From the NCBI GenBank assembly GCA_964016885.1, contig OZ024742.1, forward strand, positions 3,100,001 to 3,164,000: a stretch of DNA of 64,000 bases, in the 5' to 3' direction. The translations under genes were made by a program, and so were the position numbers. This document shows positions 12,201-23,586 of this stretch, one piece after another (positions within the stretch are counted from its first letter, which is position 1; every line of letters starts with the position of its first letter). The notes below the pieces were generated by a model that did not search any database, was not told the origin of the DNA, and saw nothing but the letters and a program-made list of their open reading frames with translations. The stretch is from Eledone cirrhosa. Taxonomy: Eukaryota.

Positions 12201-13937
12201 GCAGATAACATCAGACAGTTGTTGGGCAAGAGTATGAGGTCCTGGGAAACACAGTTGACATCAACTGGAGAATCCTTGGGAAGCGTGAAGATCAAGAGAG
12301 GTATCTTCCAGGGAGATAGCCTGTCCCCTCTGTTGTTTGTCCTTGCCCTGATGCCCCTGACCAGTGTACTGCGAAAAGTGAGAGCAGGATACAGGTTGGG
12401 AAAGGGAGGGCTTACCATCAATCAACTCCTCTTCATGGACGATCTTAAGCTCTTCGGGAAGAGTGAGAAGGAGTTGGATGTGCTTGTTGACACTGTACGT
12501 ATTTTCAGCAGTGATATATGTATGCAGTTTGGTATTAGTAAGTGTGGAGTCCTTGTGATGAGGAGGGGTAGGTTGAGCAGAAGTAACGGAATCCAGATAC
12601 CAACAGGTGAGATGATAAAGGAAATTGACTCTGAGGAAGGATACAAGTATTTGAGCGTTCTGGAGGCTGATGGCATAAAGAACAAAAAAAATGAAGGAAT
12701 TGTTAAGAACTGAATACATTCGGAGAGTAAGGAGCGTATTGAAGTCACATCTGAACAGCAGAAATGCCATAAGCGCAGTAAATTCCCGAGCTGTGTCTAT
12801 TGTTAGGTACAGTGCGGCAATTCTGAGATGGAATGTTGCTGAACAAAAAGAAATGGATAGGAAGACTAGGAAGCTATTGACTATCTACAACATGTTCCAC
12901 AAGAGGAGTGATGTCGATAGACTCTACCTAAGGAGATCTGAGGGTGGAAGATGTCTTATAAGCATAGAGGACTGTGTTCAGATGGAGAAAAACAACCTAC
13001 ACAAATACGTGACTGATAGTAAGGAGCCAATGCTCAGAACTGTACTGAAGGAGGGGACAATAGGCCAGGGGATGTCCAAGGAGGAAATAACATCAAGGAG
13101 AAAGATCAGCCTTCAGGAAAAATTCTTTCATAGTACCTTCTTTGAGAAAACTGAATTTAGAGATCCACAGACATGGAACTGGTTGAGAAGAGGAGGCCTT
13201 AAACAGGCTACAGAAGGAATGTTAATGGCTGCGCAGGAGCAGGCCCTCAAAACGAAGTGGTTGAAACACCATATTTACAAGGAGGAGGCTAGCTCACTGT
13301 GCAGAGAGAGAGAGGAGACTGTGGCTCACATTGTATCCGAGTGTAAACACCTAGCCCAGACCCACTATAAGGGCTGGAGACATGATGTGATGGGCAGGGT
13401 GATCCACTGGCACCTGTGCAAAGTAAACAATTTACCACATTCTGAGAAATGGTATGAGCATAAGCCAGAGGCGGTGATGGAGAACGATCAGGTGAAGGTG
13501 CTGTGGGATTTTAGGATACAGACGGACAAGAAACTGGAACACAATAGACCTGACCTGGTGGTTGTGGACAAAGAAAAAAGATCGTGTCTGATTGTGGATG
13601 TGGCCTGCCCATTCGACACGAGAGTGCAAGAGAAGGAGAGGGAGAAAATTAACCGATACCAGGACTTAAAATGGGAGGTAAAAAGGATTTGGAACTGCCA
13701 TGAAGTCAAAGTGATCCCGATTGTCATTGGCGCACTGGGGACTATCTCCAAAAGTTTCCAGGGATGGTTAAAGAAAATCGGCCCCTTCACGCTTTTTGGA
13801 ACGCTTCAAAAGGCATGCTTGCTGGGAACAGCAAGAACCCTCCGATACGTCCTGAATATCTGAGGCTGCAGGTAGTGGCTTGATATTCATTCCAACGGAC
13901 TTTCCAGTTAACTAACATCAATGACTGAGATTCAAGG
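9237..13937 (+). mobile_element. Dong/R4-like RLE element, copy A2, with a ~1.2-kb 5' leader
   Basis: Same RT/RLE motifs as A1, flanked by (TAA)n on both sides. Whether all of 9237-10446 belongs to the element is uncertain. Confidence 0.85.
10447..13863 (+). pseudogene. A2 RT-RLE ORF with two frameshifts
   Basis: ORFs 10450-11685, 11682-12713 and 12691-13863. The ATG seen in A3 (ATG TCG AAC) reads ATA TTG AAC at 10447 here. Confidence 0.9.
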
Positions 13938-13944
13938 AATAATA

Positions 13945-14001
<57 letters not shown>
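13938..14001. repeat. (TAA)n tail of A2
   Basis: Direct read, with AGT and ACT interruptions. Confidence 0.95.
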
Positions 14002-14069
14002 GTCTCTTGAGGTCACTGGTTGTGACTTGGTAATAACTCGTATCAACATAAAGCAAGATAAATGCAACT

Positions 14070-14070
<1 letters not shown>
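14002..14070 (+). mobile_element. ~69-bp TAA-flanked mini element (probable 3'UTR remnant of a sister RLE family)
   Basis: Near-identical second copy at 25796-25865, also between (TAA)n tracts. Shares the TGA + stem-loop layout of the A-family 3'UTR. Confidence 0.7.

Positions 14071-14116
<46 letters not shown>
14071..14116. repeat. (TAA)n spacer before the B2 3' end
   Basis: Direct read. Confidence 0.95.
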
Positions 14117-14118
<2 letters not shown>

Positions 14119-14366
14119 TTTCTTTATTAACCACAAGGGTTTACATAAAGTAGACATTAAGGACAGTGCAGGACAATGCAGGACGGTACAAATGGGCATT
14201 TCTGCGTGTAAAAAACAAAAACAGAGGATGTAACAAAAAATAACAATGAAAAATTCCCCAATAGGGGGGAGACTTCGGAGGGACATTTGTGGAGAAAGCC
14301 CAGTAAAAAGCCACAATGACCCTGACCACCAAGGCAAGTGCCCTCTCCCAGTTTTCCACCTTTAGT

Positions 14367-17300
14367 TTACAGATATATACTCAGAGTCGGCCCATTCACT
14401 CGGGCCATTCTTGCTTCTCTCACCCATCTTTCAACAAAATGCTGGGAAGAGAGCACTTCCTTCTCTACTCTGATTTTCCTTTTCAAATGAAATTTGAAAA
14501 AGTCAATCAGAGCATCACCGAAGAGGTAAGTGCTCGTCTTCAGCCCTTTCAAACGTGTCCACCATACTATCTCTTTCGCCATGGCCACCAGACAGATAAA
14601 AACTGCCTGCCCTTCCCGGCTAAAGGAGGAGGGCGGGGCAATCCTCACGATAGACTCAGATGATAGCTGGATCCGTCCTAAACGCGACAGCAGGTGTTCG
14701 ACATAAACCCACAAGTCAGCAATTTTCGGACACTGGACGAGTGCGTGCAGGACGGTTTCGTCGCCCTGCGCGCATCTCGGACATGCCCGGCTGACGGCAC
14801 CTCCATGCCTGTAGAGTTTATCCCGAACTGGCAAGGCTCCTCGGTAGCACTGCCAGGCCAGAGATTTCTGGAAGTTGTCCATAGGCCCTGGCCCGAAAGT
14901 TCTTCCGAAGAGATTGGCTAGTTGATTTTCGTCGACGCCTAGAGTTTCCCCAAGTACGTCGTCGCTCTTCCCCTCCACTAATCCTCTATAGAACGCCGAG
15001 GTGGAGTTTCCACCGATCACATTGCCCGATTGGTCGAGGGCTGTGAGCGCCTGAAGACATTCCAGTCTCCAGGCGCTCCCTCTCGGTCTTCGCTTGACCC
15101 AGGACTGCAGCTCCGTCAAGGAAACGAGCTGGGGAAAAACGCGTCTAGCAAACGGCGACCACACCTGATCACCGTCGAGGAAGAGGTGGAGATGTCGTAG
15201 CCTGAGCGCGTGCCTGCGCATCATCAGCCACGGCATGCCCAGCCCTCCACGTAGCGGGTGTTGACAACAGATGGACGGCCTGACCATCGGAGCACGTCCC
15301 TTCCACAAAAAGCGAAAGAGCAAACGCTCCAGCGCAGTCAGGCGAGGCTTAGGACAAGGTACGACGGTCAGGCGGTAGCAGATGACGGACGCGATGTACG
15401 CGTTAGCCACCTCCGCTCGACCTTTCAGGGATAGCTTCCTCTCCGCCCATTTCTGGGTGAGAGAAGCCACCCTGCTCGTCACCTCGTCCCAGTTTTTGTC
15501 CGTCTGGAGGTCCGGACCGAACCAAACCCCTAGCAATTTAACCGGTCCATCCGTCCAGCGCCCGACGACGCTGTTGGACGGCATGGACCTGCCTCTCCAG
15601 GTGCCGAGCTGCAGGCCCACTGACTTTTCCTGGTTGATCATTGCTCCTGTCACCGCTTCGTATTCTCTTAGTGTAGTGCCGATCGCCTCGATGTGTTTGG
15701 CGTTCGACACCACTACGGTGACATCGTCCGCATATGCTGACACGGATCTTCCGCATCCTAGTTCGCGCGGGACTCCCCTCAACGTCTCCAGTTTGTGCAG
15801 TAATGGCTCGAGAGTCAATACGTACAAGAGGGACGAGAGGGGACATCCTTGGCGGACCGAGCGCATGATGTTGAACGGTTCCGACAGGTGACCGTTCACT
15901 CTCACCACAGAGCAGATGTCGCTGTGCATGGCAGCGATCCAGCCTCTGAAGACGGGCCCAAAGCCAGCCGCCCTCAGGACTGCCGCTAGGTAACGATGGT
16001 CGACCCTATCGAAAGCTTTCGACTGATCTAAATTGATCAAGGACCCACCCGTGCCAGGTTCCCTAGCTACCCTCTCTACGATGTATCGCATGAGGTGGAG
16101 GTTGTCGTGGATGGATCTGTCGGGAATGGCGCATGTCTGCGCCTCTCCCACCAGACCACCAACGACAAGCGCCAACCTCTTTGCTAGCACCTTGGCCAAA
16201 ATCTTAAACTCTGTGTTTAGCAGAGTTATGGGCCGGAAATTGTCTATGTTATCCCCCTTGTTCGGATCCTTTCTCAGCAGTGCCACCGCTCCTCGGCTCA
16301 CAGAACTGGGAATTCTCCCGTTCTGTTGCCAGTTGCAGTAGACGTCCGCCAAGAGGCCTCCGAACAAGTCTGGCATCTGTACGTAAAGTTCATAGGGCAG
16401 ACCATCCAAACCAGGCGATTTACCCCTTGTGCAGCCAGTCATTGCCTCCCGTACTTCAGCGGCTGTTATCGGCTTTTCGCAACACCTCGCCTCAGTGGCC
16501 GAGAGCCGCGGCAGTCCGTCGAGGTAGACACTAAAGTCCATACCTCTACCCGGCCCCCCGCTGCCCCCGAACAGCTGAGCGAAGTGTCGCTGAAAAGCTT
16601 CACACATTTGCCCGGGATCGAGTAGCATGCGCCCGTCGTGGTCCACCAAAGACCGGATCGTGGCTTTGTTGCCACGACGCGCCTCCGCCACTCGGGCCCA
16701 TTGAACGGCTTTCGTCCCCTCGTGTCTGAGAGCACGCACCCTAGCTCTGACAACGCAGCCTTCGTGCTTTGCATTGAAGAATTGGTCAAGGGCCAATTTC
16801 GCCGCAAGCACGTCGGTCGCAATGCCTTTGCTAAGCGCCTCGTCTAATTTTCTAACTAGTTCTCCCTCTGCTCTATTTTTCTCTATTGCTAAAGCCTTAC
16901 TAAACCTAATCGATTCTATTCTAATCGCTCTTTTCAGAGCAAACCACCACTTGTTGTTGACGATGGCCCCCGTCAACGCCCGCTTAACTAGTTCGCTAAT
17001 CCGGTCTCTGTAGGCCTTGCGCGCTGGTAAGGACGCGTTTAGCTTCCAGTAGCCGGGTCCTCGTCTATGAAGCCTATCTAAGTCAAGCACACAGGTCACG
17101 AATTTGTGGTCCGTGTAGCTGACTATCTTGAATTGTGGACAGCCTATGCTAGACCTATCTATTTCCCTACAAAATACTCTATCTAGATATGATCTGGATG
17201 ACCCTATGCGGTTTGTCCAAGTCCACATTGGCACATTCGGGAAATCCAATCGGTACCTGTCAGATAATTCAAAACGCCTGAGCAGGTTGGTGAGGCTCTT

Positions 17301-17786
17301 GCACCCTCCACCCCTATCCGCTAATCCCACACAGTCCCAGCGTGCATCTAAGATCCCGCTCCAGTCGCCCACTAACACTAAAGAGCGGGACGTTCCAAGA
17401 AAGGTCTCCAGACGCCGGAAGAAATCAGGCCGCCCTGCTCCTGTCGGGGCATAGACGGCCACTAGCCTGAAAGCTTGCCCGTCTCCGCTGGTCACGTCCA
17501 GCACCACCAGCTTACCCTCTGGGTCCAGGAAGATGGCCCGTATGGCGAGATCCAAACCTCTCCGAAAAAGCACAGCAACTCCTCCACCCGATCCAGGACG
17601 GCTGGGAGATGCGTACACATCGTAGCCGCCGAAGATCGGTGCGAAGGCCCGTGCTTCGGAGATTCTGGTCTCGCTGATGGCCACTACATCTATGTTTAGT
17701 GACCTGAGGTCGTTGAGCAGGTGACCCTGCTTCCATGACGACCCCAAGCCACGCGCATTTATGCTGCCTATTCTGAGTGAGGTCAT
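14367..17786 (-). CDS. B2 ORF2: APE endonuclease + reverse transcriptase + C-terminal CCHC zinc finger, 1139 aa
   Basis: Uninterrupted ORF. APE motifs: SINARGL, ISETR, VYAP, GDWS, YLDRVF, TDHK. RT motifs: PGLDG, FRPITL, DQSKAFDRV, VRQGCPLS, YADD. Zinc finger: CPRC-X8-H-X4-C. Confidence 0.95.
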   Translation of the reverse strand: MTSLRIGSINARGLGSSWKQGHLLNDLRSLNIDVVAISETRISEARAFAPIFGGYDVYASPSRPGSGGGVAVLFRRGLDLAIRAIFLDPEGKLVVLDVTSGDGQAFRLVAVYAPTGAGRPDFFRRLETFLGTSRSLVLVGDWSGILDARWDCVGLADRGGGCKSLTNLLRRFELSDRYRLDFPNVPMWTWTNRIGSSRSYLDRVFCREIDRSSIGCPQFKIVSYTDHKFVTCVLDLDRLHRRGPGYWKLNASLPARKAYRDRISELVKRALTGAIVNNKWWFALKRAIRIESIRFSKALAIEKNRAEGELVRKLDEALSKGIATDVLAAKLALDQFFNAKHEGCVVRARVRALRHEGTKAVQWARVAEARRGNKATIRSLVDHDGRMLLDPGQMCEAFQRHFAQLFGGSGGPGRGMDFSVYLDGLPRLSATEARCCEKPITAAEVREAMTGCTRGKSPGLDGLPYELYVQMPDLFGGLLADVYCNWQQNGRIPSSVSRGAVALLRKDPNKGDNIDNFRPITLLNTEFKILAKVLAKRLALVVGGLVGEAQTCAIPDRSIHDNLHLMRYIVERVAREPGTGGSLINLDQSKAFDRVDHRYLAAVLRAAGFGPVFRGWIAAMHSDICSVVRVNGHLSEPFNIMRSVRQGCPLSSLLYVLTLEPLLHKLETLRGVPRELGCGRSVSAYADDVTVVVSNAKHIEAIGTTLREYEAVTGAMINQEKSVGLQLGTWRGRSMPSNSVVGRWTDGPVKLLGVWFGPDLQTDKNWDEVTSRVASLTQKWAERKLSLKGRAEVANAYIASVICYRLTVVPCPKPRLTALERLLFRFLWKGRAPMVRPSICCQHPLRGGLGMPWLMMRRHALRLRHLHLFLDGDQVWSPFARRVFPQLVSLTELQSWVKRRPRGSAWRLECLQALTALDQSGNVIGGNSTSAFYRGLVEGKSDDVLGETLGVDENQLANLFGRTFGPGPMDNFQKSLAWQCYRGALPVRDKLYRHGGAVSRACPRCAQGDETVLHALVQCPKIADLWVYVEHLLSRLGRIQLSSESIVRIAPPSSFSREGQAVFICLVAMAKEIVWWTRLKGLKTSTYLFGDALIDFFKFHLKRKIRVEKEVLSSQHFVERWVREARMARVNGPTLSIYL

Positions 17787-17821
17787 GTTTAAAATAGAGT
17801 GGAAAAGATGGGAAAGACCAC

Positions 17822-19922
17822 TTACCGTACTTTTGGTAGAGGAGGGATGGTTTTTACATCCCTTTTCACTTGATCGTCTGGTGAAGGGACCGTTGAATCG
17901 TCCCTTCGGCTGGTCGTCGGCTCTTCTAAGAGAATGTCTGAGTATACTCTTCGATTGATGGTTCCTCCTAGGTCCCTGAAATCACCAACTGCGTTGGGGA
18001 ATTTCGTTTTAATATTTGTGTATTGTTTCTGTGCTATTTTTAGCAGTCTTATGTTAGTTGGCGTTTTGATTGGTGCTGGTATTATGTAGTCCTGTTGTGA
18101 AATGTCTGTGTGTTCAATTATGTAAGTCATTAGTTTCTTGTTGTGTGTATTTATTGCCGTGCATTTGTTTTTCTGGGGGTGGGGTGTGGTTCTGCTATTT
18201 TCTTGTCGTTGTTGCTGGGTGTGTGTGTTTTGTTGTTGTGTTTGCGATGTTGGTGCTTGTGGTGGTGGTGTTGAAGGTGTTGTTGGCGGTGGGGTTGTCG
18301 CCGGTGGTGATGGTGGCGCTAGTGTGGGTGGTGATGGTGTTGGTGTTGTTGCTGCTGTGGGTCTCTTTGCAGTAGACTTTACCCTTTTCTCATTTCTTTC
18401 CTCCCTTTTCAAAGGCGACGATGCGCTGCTTCTGCGTTTGTGCCTTCTTACGACCTTTTGCCATCTCTCTCCCACCTCACACTCCATGTCTGATTCTGTG
18501 AGGTCGGGGAGGGGTACCAGCTCCACTCTTTCACTTGTTGTTGTTGGTGATGTTTGCACTGGAGTCTCTGTTGCAGCTGCATTTGGTATTGCTGTTGTTG
18601 TTGTTAGTATTTCCACTGCTGCTGCTGTTTTTGATTTCCGTGGAGTGGGTATGGGTGCCACGGGCCTATCGTTCCTGGTTGCCGCTTGTCCTGTTGCTGG
18701 TAGCCGTGGAGACGGATTCGGAAGGAGGGGGGTTTTCTCCTTTCTCAGGGTCTTCTCGTTGCAGAAGGCCCTGAGGTGAGTCTTCGATCCACAGCGAAAG
18801 CATTTCGGGCGTTTGCCCTCAACACTTATGGGCAGTTGAATGCCGTTATCGAAGTCTATCACATCCGGGATAGCTTCGATGCACTCCTGATTGGTTTGGA
18901 TTAGCATCTCAATGGAGGAGCCGACCCAATCTTCTCTTACTTTTTTTCTGTACTTGCAGTACAGTTGTTTTGTCCTCGATTCCGACGAGGACAGACGCGG
19001 CCAGCCAAGAAGGGGTCATTCCGGGGGGGACGTGGGTCAGTTTGACCCTCACAATTTTTTGCCCACAGTAGGAGGGCACCAACACCATTTCCTCGCTCCT
19101 TAGGGTCACTACTGATTGGGCCTTTGCCTCCTGGGGTGTGGCAAAAAGTACGTCTACGGTGGCATATTTTTTGCCTCGGGTGATGTGCGTTTTCCGCTGC
19201 CACACAGACCCCAAGGCTTTTTGTATTTGGGCCTCTGTGGCTCTTTCCACCCTACGGGATTTTGTACTTACTGTACGGTACGTGACCGTACAGTGCTCTT
19301 GGGTTTCGAAAAATTTTTCCGCTGCCTTGCAGATTGCTCGGTGTCCGTTCTTTGTCACCATCTTCTTCGCTTCCTCTAATTCCTCATTTGTTATGAGGAT
19401 TGTTTCCAAGTTTTTCGCAATACCTGCAAATGAGATTGGTTTTTCTCTGCTGTTGTTGTTGTCGTCAGAGCTGCTGGTACTTTTGTTGTTGCTGCAGGTA
19501 CTACGACTACTGCCTCCGCCGCTGTTGCTGTGGTTGTTGTTGGTGTTGCTGCTGCTAATGCTGTTGTTGTTTATGCTGCTGGTGATGCTGTTGCGGCTGC
19601 TACTGTTGTTTTCATTGTCACTGTTGCTGTTGTTATTACGGCTGCTACTGCTATTATTCCTGACGTCAGACGAATGAACTGGGTTTTCGTATTTCCCGCA
19701 CACCTGTTTCGTCGCTGTCGTCGTCGTCGTGGAGAAACCTTGCACGCTTTGCACGAGACTTTTCTTTTCTTTCGTCGCTTGCGAAAGAGAAGGGAGGGAG
19801 AGAGACACATTTAAAGAAGGGAGGGAGAGAGACAATCTTCTCTCTGCTGTAGTGATGATTGAGGAAGAAGAAGAAGACGGAATGAGTGGGAGTGACGTAT
19901 GAAATTTCTTTTTCGTAGCCAT
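17822..19922 (-). pseudogene. B2 ORF1 (gag-like, zinc knuckle CFRCGSKTHLRAFC) with a frameshift near 18910-18950
   Basis: ORFs 18909-19955 (ATG at 19922, MATKKK) and 17822-18907. Central domain is homologous to B1 ORF1; S/N- and T/P/Q-rich linkers. Confidence 0.82.
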
Positions 19923-20135
19923 GTTTTTTTGTTTAAAATGAAATTTTGGGTACAAAACCCCAATAACTGGTTATTTAACCCCGAAGGGCCAAATAACGGA
20001 CAGAAAGACCCCTCTCACGAGGAGGAGGGTGTCTTTATCAACAATTTGGTTCAAGTTTTAAACAATTTACAATTGTTTTAACGGTTAAAAATTACTATAC
20101 CTTACAGAGCCGAGCCTCCGTCAACCATGGCATTC

Positions 20136-20164
20136 AATAATAATAATAATAATAATAACAATAA
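20136..20164. repeat. (TAA)n spacer, head-to-head junction B2|A3
   Basis: Direct read. Confidence 0.95.
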
Positions 20165-23100
20165 ATGTCGAACCTAAACAGTTCTAATAACGGTGAAGTG
20201 GAGACTGGAATGTCATGTGACAGACTCTCACCCAGCAGGTGCTCCCTGGCTCAGCAGCAGGGACCTGGCTGTCAACCAAATACTGCTGGTGTCGGAGGAA
20301 GAAGAAGAAGGAAAAGGACCAGAACCAACTGGACGAAAGAATTGAATAGAACTGTTAAGCAATGTTACCTGAATAGTAACCCCAAGGAGAAAGGCTATAG
20401 GAAACGGATGCATAACATCTGGAACGAGATTGGTCTATTTAAATTAGATGAACAAAAATTGGCCGGGCAGGCTCGGGTAATAAGAACTAATGGGTGGATA
20501 AGCGAGCTGGAACTGGAGGAACTGAGCAGAGAGATTAGGTTGGAAATGGAGAGTGGAGTATGCCAGGCAAACGAGCCAGTGGTAAATGAAGGTGAAGAGG
20601 TTGAGAGAACGGAGGAACCATCCGAAGCAGACAATGATCTGAATGCTGAAATAAATAATACCTGGAACAAAGATACGGCCATTGAGGAGATGAATGCTGA
20701 CGGGCTAGGACAAGATTTGGTTGATATCCTAAACTTAGTGGTAGATGAAGTGAACAATGATAGTGGGAAACCTATGAACCTAAGATTGTGTAGACAGGAA
20801 AAAGTTAAAAGAAACAACAGCAAAGGTAAACAAAGTCATCCCATACCTTGAGGCGAGGAGCCTTCACCAGTGCAACAATATCCTCAAGGCAACAGCAAAT
20901 GCGGTGAGGAAATTACTTGGCATAAAAGCGAGAGGAAACAACAAACAAGAAAGATCAGAACCTTGGTGGAAGAAACGACTGAATGGTCAAATCAGGGAAA
21001 TGAGAAATGACATTGGAAAGCTTGAGTCCCTACTGAATGGGACACTAAAAAACAGACACTAAAAATAGACTGGAAATAAAGTACAAAACTAGGAGGAAAA
21101 AGCTAAATAATTATCATAGAGGAACTGAAGCAACGCATTGTAGCAAAGAGTGCAAGAATTAGGCGATACGAGAGCAGAGTCAGTCAGTATAGACAGAACC
21201 GCATGTTTGACAACAACCAGAAGATGCTGTTTGGACAGCATGGGAGCAGGATGTTAAACATAATGACCAGGCAGTGTGGATTGAGACAGTACATAAGGAG
21301 ATTAGTGAACAGGCACACCAACAAACTGATTTGAGTATCACAGTTGAAACTCTTAAGGGGCAGGCCAAAAAACTAACCAACAGGAAATCACCAGGCCCAG
21401 ATGGTGTGCAGGGGTATTGGATTAAAAATATAACATCCCTCCACCCGAAACTGACAACCATGTTCAATGACTGCTTGATGTCGGGTGAGGTACCAGAGTG
21501 TTTGACAAAAGGTACCACAGTTCTGATAATGAAAGACCGAATCAAGAGTAATGATGTTACCAACTATAGACCTATCACATGTCTGTCCGTAATGTGGAAA
21601 CTGTTGAGAAGCAGTATGTCTGAGGAAATCTACCATCACCTCCACACAAACAACTTGTTACCGGACGAACAGAAAGGATGCCGAAAGAAGTCCCGTGGTT
21701 CAAAGGACCAGTTACTTATTGTTAAGGTGGTAATGAGGAATTGCAAGAGGAGACACACTGGTCTTGCCATGGGATGGATAGACTACAAAAAGGCATTTGA
21801 CATGGTGCCTCATTCTTGGATCACCAAAAGCCTAGAGATCTTCAAGGTGGCAGATAAGATCAGACAGTTGTTGGGCAAAAGTATGAAGTCCTGGAAAACA
21901 GAGTTAACATCAGCTGGAGAATCCTTGGGAGGCGTGAAGATCAAGAGAGGTATCTTCCAGGGAGATAGTCTGTCCCCTCTGTTGTTTGTCCTTGCCCTGA
22001 TGCCCCTGACCATTATACTGCGAAAAGTGAGAGCAGGATACAAGTTGGGAAAGGGAGAGCTTACCATCAATCACCTCCTCTTCATGGACGATCTTAAGCT
22101 CTTCGGGAAGAGTGAGAAGGAGTTGGATGTGCTTGTTGACACTCCGTATTTTCAGCAATGATATATGTATGCAATTTGGTATTAATAAGTGTGGAGTCCT
22201 TGTGATGAAGGGGGGTAAATTGAGCAAAAGCAACGGAATCCAGGTACCAACAGGTGAGATGATAAATGAAATTGAGACTGAAGAAGGATACAACTATTTG
22301 GGTGTTCTGGAGGCTGATGACATCAAGAACAAAAAAATGAAGGAATTGATAAGATCTGAATACATTCGGAGAGTAAGGAGCGTATTAAAGTCACATCTGA
22401 ACAGTAGGAATGCCATAAGTGCAGTAAATTCCCGAGCTGTGTCTATTATTAGGTACAGTGCGGGAATTCTGAGATGGAATGTTGCTGAACAAAAAGAAAT
22501 GGATAGGAAGACTAGGAAGCTATTGACTATCTACAACATGTTCCACAAGAGGAGTGATGTCGATAGACACTACTTAAGGAGATCTGAAGGTGGAAAAGGT
22601 CTTATCAGCATAGAGGACTGTGTTCAGATGGAGAAAAACAACCTACACAAATACGTGACTGATAGTAAGGAGCCAACGTTCAGAATTGTACTTAAGGAGA
22701 GGACAATAGACCAGGGGATGACCAAGGAGGAAATAACATCAAGGAGAAAGAGCAGCCTTCAGGAAAAATCCCTTCATATTACTTTCTTTGAGAAAACTGA
22801 ATTCAGAGATCCACAGACATGGAACTGGTTGAAAAGAGGAGTCCTTAAAACGGCTACAGAAGCAATGCTAATGGCTGCGCAAGAGCAGGCCCTCAAAACG
22901 AAGTGGTTGAAACACCATATTTACAAGGAGGAGGCTAGCCCACTGTGCAGGATCTGTGGAGAGAGAGAGGAGACTCTGGCTCACATTGTATCCGAGTGTA
23001 AACACCTAGCCCAGACTCACTATAAGGGCTGGAGACATGATATGGTGGGCAGGGTGATCCACTGGCACCTATGCAAAGTAAACAATTTATCACATTCTGA

Positions 23101-23586
23101 GAAGTGGTATGAGCATAAGCCAGAGTCGGTGATAGAAAACGATCATGTGAAGGTGCTGTGGGATTTTAGGATACAGACGGACAAAAACTGGAACACCTGA
23201 CCTGGTGGTTTTGGACAATGAAAAAAGATCGTGCCTGATTGTGGATGTGGCCTGCCCATTTGACACGAGAGTGCAAGAGAAGGAGAGGGAGAAAATTAAC
23301 CGATACCAGGACTTAAATGGAAGGTAAAAATGATTTGGAACTGCCATGAAGTCAAAGTGATCCCGATTGTCATAGGCGCACTAGGTACTATCTCAAAATG
23401 TTTCCAGGGATGGTTAAAGAAAATTGGCCCCACCACGCTTTTTGGAACGCTTCAAAAGGCATGCTTGCTGGGAACAGCAAGAACCCTCCGATACGTCCTG
23501 AATATCTGAGGCTGCAGGTAGTGGCTTGATATTCATTTCAACAAACTTTCCAGTTAACTAACATCAATGATTGAGACTCAAAAAAC
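20165..23586 (+). mobile_element. Dong/R4-like RLE element, copy A3 (5' truncated at the ATG, degenerate ORF 20165-23509)
   Basis: ORFs 20165-20851, 21274-22161 and 22112-23200. Retains the full CRICGE..H..C knuckle. Internal ~70-bp deletion near 21240. (TAA)n tail at 23587-23611. Confidence 0.9.

Larger units (their letters stand above)
14117..20135 (-). mobile_element. Tx1/L1-like APE non-LTR retrotransposon, copy B2 (apparently full length)
   Basis: Two-ORF layout, 3'UTR homologous to B1, both ends abut (TAA)n. Confidence 0.92.

Noticed and set aside
1-20164. Simple tandem duplication of a ~10.6-kb A+B unit
   Set aside because: B1 and B2 have different 5'UTR/ORF1, the A2 leader is absent before A3, and the mini element is in only one spacer. 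Partial duplication or conversion remains possible.
35-23347. Many antisense and overlapping ORFs across the elements
   Set aside because: They are shadows of the RT/ORF1 reading frames or of low-complexity tracts. They recur only because the elements are repeated.
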